IMG/VR virus record: IMGVR_UViG_3300035228_001078
Direction: 5' to 3' (one strand)
From: a virus
Length of the DNA: 64,000 bases
The notes below the pieces were generated by a model. That model was not told the origin of the DNA, made no database searches, and saw nothing but the letters and a program-made list of their open reading frames with translations. A program made the position numbers and the translations under genes. This document shows positions 26,104 through 35,440 of the stretch, piece by piece; positions within the stretch are counted from its first letter, which is position 1, and every line of letters starts with the position of its first letter.

Positions 26104-27671
26104 TATCCAATAAGATCAAAAGGTGGGACTTCGTATGTGGAAAGCATCTTATCTTCGATGCGTTGTAGTTCCATTACAGCATCCTCATAAATTTGTCTAC
26201 CGTTTAATTCGACGCCTCCAGGAAGTTTTACTCCTTGGAATTTGATGAGGTTTTGACCCCACTGTTTCTTAACAAGAGATGTAAAATATTTTTTGAGGAA
26301 AGAATCGTTATAAACACCTGCATAATTTGCAGGATCCATAATTCTTTGGCAATCAATGATTATGTAGGTTCCCGCAGAGATTGCACCCCAATCAACATCT
26401 AAGTAAAGACGATTATTTCTTTTGTTATATCTGATCTGTTTATTTGTAGATAGTAAGAAATCAATATCTTCAATATAAGTCTTTGTCATTGCATAGCTAA
26501 GAAGACCGCTATACCCAAGATTAAATGCAACATCATTTAAGAACAACTGATATTTGAAACTGAACATGTTGTTGGCAATGAAACTAGAATCAAAAAGATA
26601 AAGTTTCTCAACACCAATGACTGCATCAGGTAAGTTTAAGTAGTTTGAATTTTCCTCAAAATTAGAAACCTCTCCACCAGCTGATGATGTAACAGTCCCA
26701 TCTATGGGGAACGCAGAAGTTGGTGCAGTGAAATCGCTAGTGTATCTTTCTTTTAAGGTAATTCTTACATCATCATAAAGTGCATCACATCCTCTGGTTC
26801 CTTGACTAAATGATGACCAGGCATTTAAATGTAGTGGATATGTTACATCATAGTGTACAATATTATTATCAATAATTTGATTGGATGATGTCTCGGCAGA
26901 CTCCGTTCCGTTCAAGAAGAAGTGAATACTGCCGTCAGATGCTTTTCTAGTTACTGCAACATGAACCCAGTTCTGAATGATATCTGTAGAAGTATAAGAT
27001 CCTAAAGTAGTTCCATAGGTACTATTATGATTTGAATTATCCGTATTCTTCCATCTAAAATTAATTTGGCTGCCTTGGTTATCTACCATAAGTCCATAGT
27101 TTCCACCTGCATATGATATATGACTTCTTGAAAATAGAGCACCTTGGGATGGACTACTATCAAGATAGATCCAGGTCTCAAAAGTCCACGGACCAGTAAA
27201 ATTATATTCGTCATAAATTCCATAATCAAGATATTGCCCACTACCTGTAAATCTAATAGCTTTGTTTCCAAACTTTACAGGAGATCCTACAAGAGTAGGA
27301 GACCCAAAAGAAGTTGGCGTATTTCCAGCATAGTTTGTCAGATCAGAATCAAAAGTTTGTCTGACAATTACATCGTCCCAGAGTGTATCCCCACTAAGGG
27401 TGACAGATCCTGAAGAACCTGTACTAGAAGTAGTGATACCAAGAGTATTGCCACCGCCTCGTGCTCTGCCTCGTTTGATGTCATTTTCTGTAATCTTGTA
27501 CTTTAGAAGAGCTCTTTCTACACCATCAAAGTGACGCTCTTGGAATAATTGAAGAGCGTCATCTAAATTGTCATCTACCTGCTCATCAGCTACATTTATT
27601 TCTAAAACTGGTGCTCCAAGTTGCCTAAGAGCATAATCCTTGAGTTCATCTCTAGTAGTTGGTTTTGCCAT
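26103..27671 (-). CDS. gp13: Neck protein gp13 with an inserted LamG/ConA-like domain (522 aa)
   Basis: LKDYALRQLGAPVLEINVADEQV...HFDG at the N-end; KKQWGQNLIKFQGVKLPGGVELNGRQIY at the C-end. Confidence 0.95.
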   Translation of the reverse strand: MAKPTTRDELKDYALRQLGAPVLEINVADEQVDDNLDDALQLFQERHFDGVERALLKYKITENDIKRGRARGGGNTLGITTSSTGSSGSVTLSGDTLWDDVIVRQTFDSDLTNYAGNTPTSFGSPTLVGSPVKFGNKAIRFTGSGQYLDYGIYDEYNFTGPWTFETWIYLDSSPSQGALFSRSHISYAGGNYGLMVDNQGSQINFRWKNTDNSNHNSTYGTTLGSYTSTDIIQNWVHVAVTRKASDGSIHFFLNGTESAETSSNQIIDNNIVHYDVTYPLHLNAWSSFSQGTRGCDALYDDVRITLKERYTSDFTAPTSAFPIDGTVTSSAGGEVSNFEENSNYLNLPDAVIGVEKLYLFDSSFIANNMFSFKYQLFLNDVAFNLGYSGLLSYAMTKTYIEDIDFLLSTNKQIRYNKRNNRLYLDVDWGAISAGTYIIIDCQRIMDPANYAGVYNDSFLKKYFTSLVKKQWGQNLIKFQGVKLPGGVELNGRQIYEDAVMELQRIEDKMLSTYEVPPFDLIG

Positions 27672-30600
27672 CAGAATGTGCCTCCGTCAATGCTATTAGA
27701 CCAAATTGGGATGTTGTTTTCATCTGTGGTTAGCATGTAATTAGAGGTTGTTAAGAACCCTACTGTGCTAAGACCACTAACCAGTCTTCCATCTGCTTCA
27801 AAGAATGCAACACCGTTAGGTCCGCTATATCCAATACCAGTTAATCCACCTTGATCTGATCTGTAATATAGACCGTCACGGAATGTACCGTAACCGATTA
27901 CGCTCAGATTGTCTTGGACAGTTACCTGACCAGCAGCAGAATCAAGAACAAGTTCTCCAGTATTTGTATTTATTTTGGTTGAGGAAGAACCAGCACCAAT
28001 CGTAATATCAGCAACTGTAGAGACACCAGTTACTCTGAAGTTGTTAGTTGTAAGAATGCCAGAGACATTAACATTGATCGCTCTGATACCAGCGGAACTG
28101 GTAACAATTCCAGTAAGAACTGTTCCGTGATCAACAATCAGAGATGCATGAATTTCAGCATCCGTTCCAATGTCTAATGTACCAGCTTGCAGTTGACCAG
28201 TGATGCTAACACCAGTACCAATGGTTTCAAGTCTCTTATCGTCGTCAAAGTTCAGCTGAACTATACCATCGGCATAGAAGTTAGCTAGAGTCTCACCAGT
28301 ATACTTCTGGAAGTCAATCGTGTTGGAACGAATAATCAGGTTACCCTGACCAGCATCATCGATGTAAGAGTTGGTGCCGTTGTGATAGATACGAAGATCG
28401 TCATTATCACCGAAGTTCAGGACAGCATCGTCCTTGAAGGTTGTAATCCCAGTGAATACTGCGTTGGTTACCGCAACACCAGTAATCTTGGCATCAAAGG
28501 CATCGAGTGCCTCTGCATCAATCGTTATGATAGTGGCAGCAGTACCAACGATATCCGTTACTGCCAGACCAGTGATATTAACATCTTTGGCATCCAGGGT
28601 CTCAATATCAACCGTGGTGATAGTTGAATATGTACCAACCAGAGATGTTACAACACCAGTTACTGCCTTGAGATCTTCTATCGCAAGATTAGCTTCAAAC
28701 TCAGAATCACCAGTTACGGTTAGACCTGCGCCAACGATGAGATTAGATGTAAATGTACCAACACCAGTGATCTTGAGATCTTCTAGTAAGGTAGAACCAA
28801 GAACATCAACTCTTGCTCTAGGAGCTGCGGTTGCAATACCCAGCAACTGACCGTTGGTGAGGCGCATACCCTCAACAGAGTCAGTGTTGAAACGGATGGT
28901 GCCGTCAGAACCAGAGTCATCGAGAGCAATGGATGTATCGCCCTTCTGGAAGGCATCCAATTGGATGACCGTAGCAGTCAGGATACCCAGGACATTGACA
29001 TTGCCAGTGATGTTGATATCACCTGCACCAGCTGGATCAATGTTGATATCTCCAGAGGTTGATTCGATATTATTTCCAGCAATCTGGATGTTACCGAATG
29101 TACCACTTGTGGGAGTAACAGTACTGCTGTTAGTTCCGTCAGTAATCTGAAGAGATGAAAGTGCTTGGAGGCTGGTTACTTGTTGTGAGAACGATACCGT
29201 ACCGTTTTCTTGATCAACGAAGAATGCATCTCCAACTCTGAAGTCTCCTCTTTGGTCAATGCTAACGAATGATACATCACCGTTATTAATTTCGGTAACT
29301 TCATTAGCTTGAATTGCTAGGTTAGGATCGTTAGAGAAGTCACCTCCCGCACCAACATGGTTGAAGTTGAGAGCGAACAGTCTCAGAGATACGCCATCAC
29401 CATCAGCAATGACACCCTTCTGACCATACTCAACAGCACAACCAACGGAGCGCATGTCGGCACCGAACTCGCTGTAATCAGCAAGGATAACCTTGGTTGC
29501 AGTTCCAATACCGCCACCCGCTTGGGTAATGCGAATATCTTGATTGCGAATTACATTATCAGTAGTTGTGGTTACTCCACTAGAACCGTCAAAGTCGAGT
29601 AAGAGAACTGTGTCCTTATCGCCAGTATGTGCGACAGTAGGAGCAGTAAAGTTGGCGGTGTATTTGGCGACTCCTCTTTCAATTCGGAAGTCGTCAACCC
29701 AACCAGTAACATTTTGACTTGCTCCGTCAAAGTCAGCACCAATTATGATACCTTTAGATGCACCGTAGTTAGTTGTATCAGAGGTCTTAATGCCTCTCTG
29801 AGTGCCGTCTACGAATAATCTGGTGTCTGTGCCGTCTCTAGCAAGTGCATAGTGCTTCCAGACGCCTGTAGCGATGCCTGCGCCAGATCCAGTAATAGCG
29901 GTGGTAGTACCAACCCGCATATCAACTTCACCAGCTGCCCGATATGCAACACTAATACCTTCAGCATCTGTACCGTTATCTCTTAAATCGAAGAGAGTTG
30001 CGCTAGTCAGACCAGTTGTATTTGCATATGCCCAGAATTCAATCGTGAAATCTGTATTGGTTCCGAAACCAAGGTCGCCGCTAGAAGGAGCACTGATAGA
30101 ATCATTTGTTCCGTCAAGTGCTAATGATGCAGTGCCAAATTTCTTAACTGTAGTGTCTAGTTGAGCACCGTCATTAAAGGTAATAGCTTTAGCAGTTCTG
30201 GCATTGAGAAGTTCAAAACCGGTTTGCTTACCAGTTACACCAAGATATGTTCCGTCGTAAGATGCAACAATAGCAGTTGCAACTCCAGTTGTTCCGTCAG
30301 TATCAAAGACAGTAATTGTATTACCGACACCAACGGTTGTAATACCAGTCAATCTCAGTCTGGTTTCACCAGCAGAGCTGATACCAAGAGAACCAGATGT
30401 ACCCTTGATCGCTTCAGCAGCGAAGTAGGTGAAGCAGTTCAGGTACTCAGAACGAGCACCGTTGGTCATGATCAGACCTTTACTGTTCGGTACAATGAAA
30501 GTAACTTCATTGAACAGGAAACCTGCCTCAAGGGATCCTGCTGCTACCTCAGAACCATCGATGTATGCACCACCACCAGCAATATAGGAAGAAGGTGCAG

Positions 30601-33600
30601 AGTCTGCTGAACTAAAACCATAAGGATCAGCAGCAGAAGTATTGCTGCCTTTGTTGAATACGGTTACACGCTGGACATAAGGAGATCTGCTTGTGATCGC
30701 AATACCAGGAGCAAACTTGAATGCATAACCCTGGTTGCCAGCAGTGTCAAAGAACATGTCAGCAATCGTGACATCCTCAACGACAGATCTGTCGTTCATT
30801 AAGAAGCAATCCTTCTGCTTAGTAGCAGTCGTAGGAATGATCTTGGTTGCACGGAGACCAGCACCCTTAACTGTTAGACCAGCTGGAATAGTCAGTGGGA
30901 ATGTTTCTTGGTATACACCAGCAGAAATCTGAAGGATGTCATTGACACCAATATTAGAGATCTGTGCCAGAGCATATCTAATCGTTCTGTAAGGTCTCTC
31001 TGGTGTTCTACCGCGAGATGCATCACCATCATCAACACCATTGGTAGAAACATACCATGTGTCGAGTTTGGCATTAACGGTAGCAATACCAATCTGAGCG
31101 GGTTCACGCCAGGTGATTGTGCCATTAGGATTGGTACTCAGCATGTGCTGAGTATTAACACCAACTATACCAGTGGAGTCATACAGGGAGGTAATGAAAC
31201 CAGATTGTATGAATGCAGAAGTTGCAATACCAACCGAGATAGTTGCATTTAGAATGTCTGCAACTTCAAAGTCAACCGTAGTGATAGTTGCTGCAGTACC
31301 AACGATATCGGTAATAATACCAGAGGTAATCTTGACATCCCTGAGATCAGCAATCTCGGTGTCAAATGTAGTGATTGTAGCGTAAGTGCCAACCAGTGAG
31401 GTTACAACACCAGCGGTGATCTTAGCGTTGACGATATCACCTTCTGTGACATCAATCGTCGTAATAGTAGCAGCAGTACCGACAGTATCGGTGACTGCTA
31501 ATCCAGTAATATTTACCTGTCTTGCATCGAGTACATCGATATCAGCAGTTGTAATTGTCGCATATGTACCGACTGTTGAGTCAACAATCAGGTCATCGAC
31601 GCGAGCAACGCCATCGATGTAGATATCGCGCCACTCCTTAGTGGCACTACCCAGATCGTAGGTATCGTCATCATCAGGGGTGATGTTAGAGTCAACATCA
31701 CCTGCAAATACGATGTTATCAGTATTGGAATTACCAAGACCAATTGTGCCACCTTCAAAGGTTACATTACCAACGAATGTGGAAGCTCCACCGACTCTGA
31801 AGTCGCCTTGTACATCTAAACCATCGTTAAGATCTACAAACTGAGTTACGGTAAGTCCACCACCAATAGTTACATTGGAGGATGCATCCAGAGTTGTGAC
31901 AATACCAGCGCCAATTGTGGCAGTTAAAATATCAGCTGTTTGAAAATCAACAGTGACGATAGTTGCTGCAGTACCGACAATATCGGTTACAGCAAGACCA
32001 GTGATGTTTACATCCTTGGCATCGAGAGTCTCAATATCAACCGTTGTGATGGTTGCATAAGTACCAACCTGACTAGTAATAATACCAGCAGTAATCTTGG
32101 CATCGAGGATATCAGCAGCATCAAGGTGTGCTGTACCATCAATGTAAATATCTTTCCACTCACGATCGGTAGTACCGATATCAAGAGTTCCATCTGCATT
32201 GGGAATAAACTTAAGGTTAGATTCCCATGCCTCTCTAGATGTGTCGTATAAGAATTCTTTATCTGTTGTTCCCTTAAGAATGATACCGCCGTTATCGGCT
32301 GTAGCATCAGCATGTCCACCAGTAGAACTGAATCCAAGTTCAATGTTCTTATCGGTTATTTGTACAACCGAACTCTGAACGAAACTTGTAGTTCCATTAA
32401 CCGTCAGATCACCAACAACAGTAAGAGCTCCACCAACTCTGACATCTTTCTGGAAGTCAGCATCTTGGAAGGTTACATATGTACCAACCAAAGATGTAAT
32501 AACTCCAACAGTGATATTGCCTCTAAGGGCATCCACCTTAACAAAGTCTGCTTGGTTGAAAGTAACAGCATAACCAACCAATGATGTTACAACACCAGCA
32601 ACTGTCTTCAGGGTATTGATATCACCTTCGTTAGAATCGAAGGTTGTGATCGTGGCATAGGTGCCAACCAATGATGTTACAACACCTACATCAATATAAG
32701 CGTTAGTTGCAATCGCAACCTGAGATCTCAGATTAGTTACTGCAAAGTCAGTAGCAAGACCAACAGTGATCTTGACATCTTCAATATCAGCATCAACAAA
32801 ATCAACTCTAGTAATTGTTGCTGCAGTACCAACAGTGTCGGTAATAATACCTGACTGAATCTTAGCGTTGGTAATTGCAAAGTCAGTTGCTAAACCAGCA
32901 GTGACCTTGATATCTTCAACACCAATATCGTTGATATCGATCTGAGGAATTGTAGCAACACCAGAGATACTTACATCGCCATTTACCGTAAGTAATGCGT
33001 CTGGTGTAGTGGTTCCGATTCCAACCCAACCATCACTATTACCACTAATCCACTTGACACCTTCTGTGCCAATAATTAACTGATTGTTACCGTCAACAAC
33101 AGCAGGATCTTGGTTATACCCAATAACGACATTTCCGTCGCCAAGAGTATTAGCACCAGCAGAATAACCAATAGCAATGTTCTTGCTACCGTCTACACTG
33201 AATAATGTATATGGACCAATCGCAATATTTTGTTTCTGCTGTCTAGTTCCTGTACCACCACCCAGGAAGCGACCATTCTTGCTGGTTACGCTACCTGTGA
33301 GAGTCGTGAAACCAAACGGCATGGTGAATGTATCACCAACCTCGTAACCATCGCCAGGAGCCATGATTTCGATGTTAGTAATCAGACCAGTAGAACCAGT
33401 CTGCAATCTAACTAAAAGTCCAACACCAGATCCACTGGTCTCGGTTACATCTTCTGTCTGATCATAATCTGCAACAGCTGTCTGTTCACCGACAACTACG
33501 CTGAGAGTTACCCCATCAACAACAGGGAAAGTCTCACCATACATCGACTGGTTACCCAGAGCGATGTTCTCATCGTTGCCGCTAGAAGATAAGGCAAAAC

Positions 33601-34492
33601 CTACCTTATCACCAATCATCAAGTTCTTAGTACCTTGCAAGCGATAGCCTGCAAAGTTACCCATGACGATATTGGATTCTAATTCGTCAAAGCTGGAAAG
33701 AATACCAGCATATTGCATTGCACTGGCACCAATCGCAATATTGCGACGGTTAAGGACAGTTTGTCCAATACCAGCACCAGCAAAGTCACCAATAAAGATT
33801 GAAGAGTCAGCACTGCTAAGACCTACAGCAGCATCACGACCAACTCTAATAATATCATTGGAGAATGTAATATTACTGAAGGACGATACCCCAGTAATTT
33901 CTACATTATTTGCAGTAAGTGCATGTCCTACATTTACTTCGTAGTAGTTAGCACTTGTACCACTAATCGTGGTTACAATACCTGTTGCTGCAAACAGGTT
34001 GGGAATATCACCACTACCTGAGAACGATGCATCAGTTACATTTAATGTTGCAGCAGTTGCAATACCAGATACATTCCAGTTTCTAGCATTAGCCTCGTCA
34101 TAAACGAGATCGCCAGTTACATTAAGGTTGCCACCAACATTGAAGTTGCCAGCAACTGTACCAACACCAGCTGTGTAAAAGTCATCTGCAACAGTCCAAG
34201 AAGCAACTTGTCCTTGAGAATCAAGGATAAGAACTTTGGATGCTTGAGGTTTGCCGTAATCGGCGGGGTTCTCATTAAAGAGACTGGTATAGTATTCGCC
34301 ACCAATAGCAATTGGAGCTGAACCAGGACCAGATGGGTTACCAATATATAATTTCTTGTATGACTTACCAGCACCAACATTGCTGGTATCGTAAGCATAA
34401 ACTAATTCACCGAACGATACTCCAGTACCAACAGGAGCGATGTTCGGTGGTGAGGTTCCAAGTGTCCTTTTTAATAGAATTGTTGCGGACAT
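27671..34492 (-). CDS. Large multidomain tail-fiber-like protein (2273 aa)
   Basis: N-terminal ILLKR...GELV...KLYIG fiber head; NIAIG repeats; ~30-aa VGT(Y/A)ATITT repeats; YVSTNG...PYRTI beta-helix domain; LamG-like domain; C-terminal IDGGTF. Confidence 0.85.
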   Translation of the reverse strand: MSATILLKRTLGTSPPNIAPVGTGVSFGELVYAYDTSNVGAGKSYKKLYIGNPSGPGSAPIAIGGEYYTSLFNENPADYGKPQASKVLILDSQGQVASWTVADDFYTAGVGTVAGNFNVGGNLNVTGDLVYDEANARNWNVSGIATAATLNVTDASFSGSGDIPNLFAATGIVTTISGTSANYYEVNVGHALTANNVEITGVSSFSNITFSNDIIRVGRDAAVGLSSADSSIFIGDFAGAGIGQTVLNRRNIAIGASAMQYAGILSSFDELESNIVMGNFAGYRLQGTKNLMIGDKVGFALSSSGNDENIALGNQSMYGETFPVVDGVTLSVVVGEQTAVADYDQTEDVTETSGSGVGLLVRLQTGSTGLITNIEIMAPGDGYEVGDTFTMPFGFTTLTGSVTSKNGRFLGGGTGTRQQKQNIAIGPYTLFSVDGSKNIAIGYSAGANTLGDGNVVIGYNQDPAVVDGNNQLIIGTEGVKWISGNSDGWVGIGTTTPDALLTVNGDVSISGVATIPQIDINDIGVEDIKVTAGLATDFAITNAKIQSGIITDTVGTAATITRVDFVDADIEDVKITVGLATDFAVTNLRSQVAIATNAYIDVGVVTSLVGTYATITTFDSNEGDINTLKTVAGVVTSLVGYAVTFNQADFVKVDALRGNITVGVITSLVGTYVTFQDADFQKDVRVGGALTVVGDLTVNGTTSFVQSSVVQITDKNIELGFSSTGGHADATADNGGIILKGTTDKEFLYDTSREAWESNLKFIPNADGTLDIGTTDREWKDIYIDGTAHLDAADILDAKITAGIITSQVGTYATITTVDIETLDAKDVNITGLAVTDIVGTAATIVTVDFQTADILTATIGAGIVTTLDASSNVTIGGGLTVTQFVDLNDGLDVQGDFRVGGASTFVGNVTFEGGTIGLGNSNTDNIVFAGDVDSNITPDDDDTYDLGSATKEWRDIYIDGVARVDDLIVDSTVGTYATITTADIDVLDARQVNITGLAVTDTVGTAATITTIDVTEGDIVNAKITAGVVTSLVGTYATITTFDTEIADLRDVKITSGIITDIVGTAATITTVDFEVADILNATISVGIATSAFIQSGFITSLYDSTGIVGVNTQHMLSTNPNGTITWREPAQIGIATVNAKLDTWYVSTNGVDDGDASRGRTPERPYRTIRYALAQISNIGVNDILQISAGVYQETFPLTIPAGLTVKGAGLRATKIIPTTATKQKDCFLMNDRSVVEDVTIADMFFDTAGNQGYAFKFAPGIAITSRSPYVQRVTVFNKGSNTSAADPYGFSSADSAPSSYIAGGGAYIDGSEVAAGSLEAGFLFNEVTFIVPNSKGLIMTNGARSEYLNCFTYFAAEAIKGTSGSLGISSAGETRLRLTGITTVGVGNTITVFDTDGTTGVATAIVASYDGTYLGVTGKQTGFELLNARTAKAITFNDGAQLDTTVKKFGTASLALDGTNDSISAPSSGDLGFGTNTDFTIEFWAYANTTGLTSATLFDLRDNGTDAEGISVAYRAAGEVDMRVGTTTAITGSGAGIATGVWKHYALARDGTDTRLFVDGTQRGIKTSDTTNYGASKGIIIGADFDGASQNVTGWVDDFRIERGVAKYTANFTAPTVAHTGDKDTVLLLDFDGSSGVTTTTDNVIRNQDIRITQAGGGIGTATKVILADYSEFGADMRSVGCAVEYGQKGVIADGDGVSLRLFALNFNHVGAGGDFSNDPNLAIQANEVTEINNGDVSFVSIDQRGDFRVGDAFFVDQENGTVSFSQQVTSLQALSSLQITDGTNSSTVTPTSGTFGNIQIAGNNIESTSGDINIDPAGAGDINITGNVNVLGILTATVIQLDAFQKGDTSIALDDSGSDGTIRFNTDSVEGMRLTNGQLLGIATAAPRARVDVLGSTLLEDLKITGVGTFTSNLIVGAGLTVTGDSEFEANLAIEDLKAVTGVVTSLVGTYSTITTVDIETLDAKDVNITGLAVTDIVGTAATIITIDAEALDAFDAKITGVAVTNAVFTGITTFKDDAVLNFGDNDDLRIYHNGTNSYIDDAGQGNLIIRSNTIDFQKYTGETLANFYADGIVQLNFDDDKRLETIGTGVSITGQLQAGTLDIGTDAEIHASLIVDHGTVLTGIVTSSAGIRAINVNVSGILTTNNFRVTGVSTVADITIGAGSSSTKINTNTGELVLDSAAGQVTVQDNLSVIGYGTFRDGLYYRSDQGGLTGIGYSGPNGVAFFEADGRLVSGLSTVGFLTTSNYMLTTDENNIPIWSNSIDGGTF

Positions 34493-34704
34493 TAGAAGAC
34501 ACCTCCGTCAATGATTGCAGCTGGAAAGTTCTTGGTCGTTTTAAAGTTGTTTGACGCCGCTTCATAAACTAAAATACTACCGTCCGAGAGCGTGCTGGCG
34601 TCAACATCAGCTAACAATGTGAGTCTACCGCCAGAACCACCACCGAGGGAACCACTGGCAATAACTTTGACTTGATTTGATGTGCCTATTCTTAGAGATG
34701 GCAT
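34492..34704 (-). CDS. Small fiber-associated structural protein (70 aa)
   Basis: LTLLADVD...DGSILVYEA...F fiber repeat; ends IIDGGVF; TAATG coupling on both sides. Confidence 0.7.
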   Translation of the reverse strand: MPSLRIGTSNQVKVIASGSLGGGSGGRLTLLADVDASTLSDGSILVYEAASNNFKTTKNFPAAIIDGGVF

Positions 34705-35042
34705 TATCGGGTTACTCCTGCTCTAACTAAGATCATACCTTCGACGACCTTGTACTTTGATCCCCCAGAGTCCTCAAGCAGAACATCGTACATGTACCGC
34801 CCAGGTTTAATATCTGTGGTTGTGGTTGACCCCAAAGAAATTTGAAGCGCACCTTGCTCAGAGTCGGTAACTGTAGAAGCAAAAGATACTTTACTAGTAC
34901 TACCCGCCCACTTTCTCATTTGAGAAGTGACCGTATAATTATTGAGATTCAGGTATGTGCCTGTATCATTGTCTCCTAAACTAAAACCATGCTGGAAATC
35001 AACACCAGTATCAATTTGGAGATTGGCGATGTAGACTGCCAT
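34704..35042 (-). CDS. Ig-like baseplate/fiber adaptor protein (BppU-N-like)
   Basis: NLQIDTGVDF...LNNYTVTSQMRK...ISLGSTTT...KPGRYMYDVLL...KVVEG; CTAAATA at 35072-35078. Confidence 0.75.
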   Translation of the reverse strand: MAVYIANLQIDTGVDFQHGFSLGDNDTGTYLNLNNYTVTSQMRKWAGSTSKVSFASTVTDSEQGALQISLGSTTTTDIKPGRYMYDVLLEDSGGSKYKVVEGMILVRAGVTR

Positions 35043-35066
35043 CCTTTGACATCACGGATTATCCTA

Positions 35067-35237
35067 TTAGGTATTTAGTTTCCTTAATTCCTGTAACACC
35101 TGTTGCATAGTCCACTTCAATTCCTGTACATCAGATTGCATCATTTCTAAATCAGTTTTAGGTATATCTCCTTGCAATTCTCCTTGCAATTCAAACCCAT
35201 GATATCTTAAGAATTCGGAATGTGGATTCTTGCTCAT
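35067..35237 (-). CDS. Hypothetical protein (56 aa)
   Basis: Hand-translated MSKNPHSEFLRYHGFELQGELQGDIPKTDLEMMQSDVQELKWTMQQVLQELRKLNT*; ATGA overlap with the upstream ORF. Confidence 0.62.
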   Translation of the reverse strand: MSKNPHSEFLRYHGFELQGELQGDIPKTDLEMMQSDVQELKWTMQQVLQELRKLNT

Positions 35238-35440
35238 AATTTTTCAATGATTACTTTTAGCATATCTTTAATTTCACCCACTTCAGTTTTTAAGTTTTCA
35301 ATTTCATTTCTTTCGGACAGTTTTACTTGTTTCTGTCTCATATATGATTTATAACCGGAGCTATCGTTGTTAACAATAGCTCCTGTTTCTTTATCACGAA
35401 CGAGGTTATCGTGACCCTCAACTTTAATATAGTTTGTCAT
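35234..35440 (-). CDS. Conserved hypothetical protein (68 aa)
   Basis: IKVEGHDNLVRDKETGAIVN followed by a C-terminal coiled coil; ATGA-coupled to the VrlC-like gene. Confidence 0.8.
   Translation of the reverse strand: MTNYIKVEGHDNLVRDKETGAIVNNDSSGYKSYMRQKQVKLSERNEIENLKTEVGEIKDMLKVIIEKL

Noticed and set aside
27671-34492. Repeats in the fiber gene as a diversity-generating retroelement template/variable pair
   Set aside because: The differences are synonymous and not adenine-specific, both copies are coding, and no reverse transcriptase is in the window.
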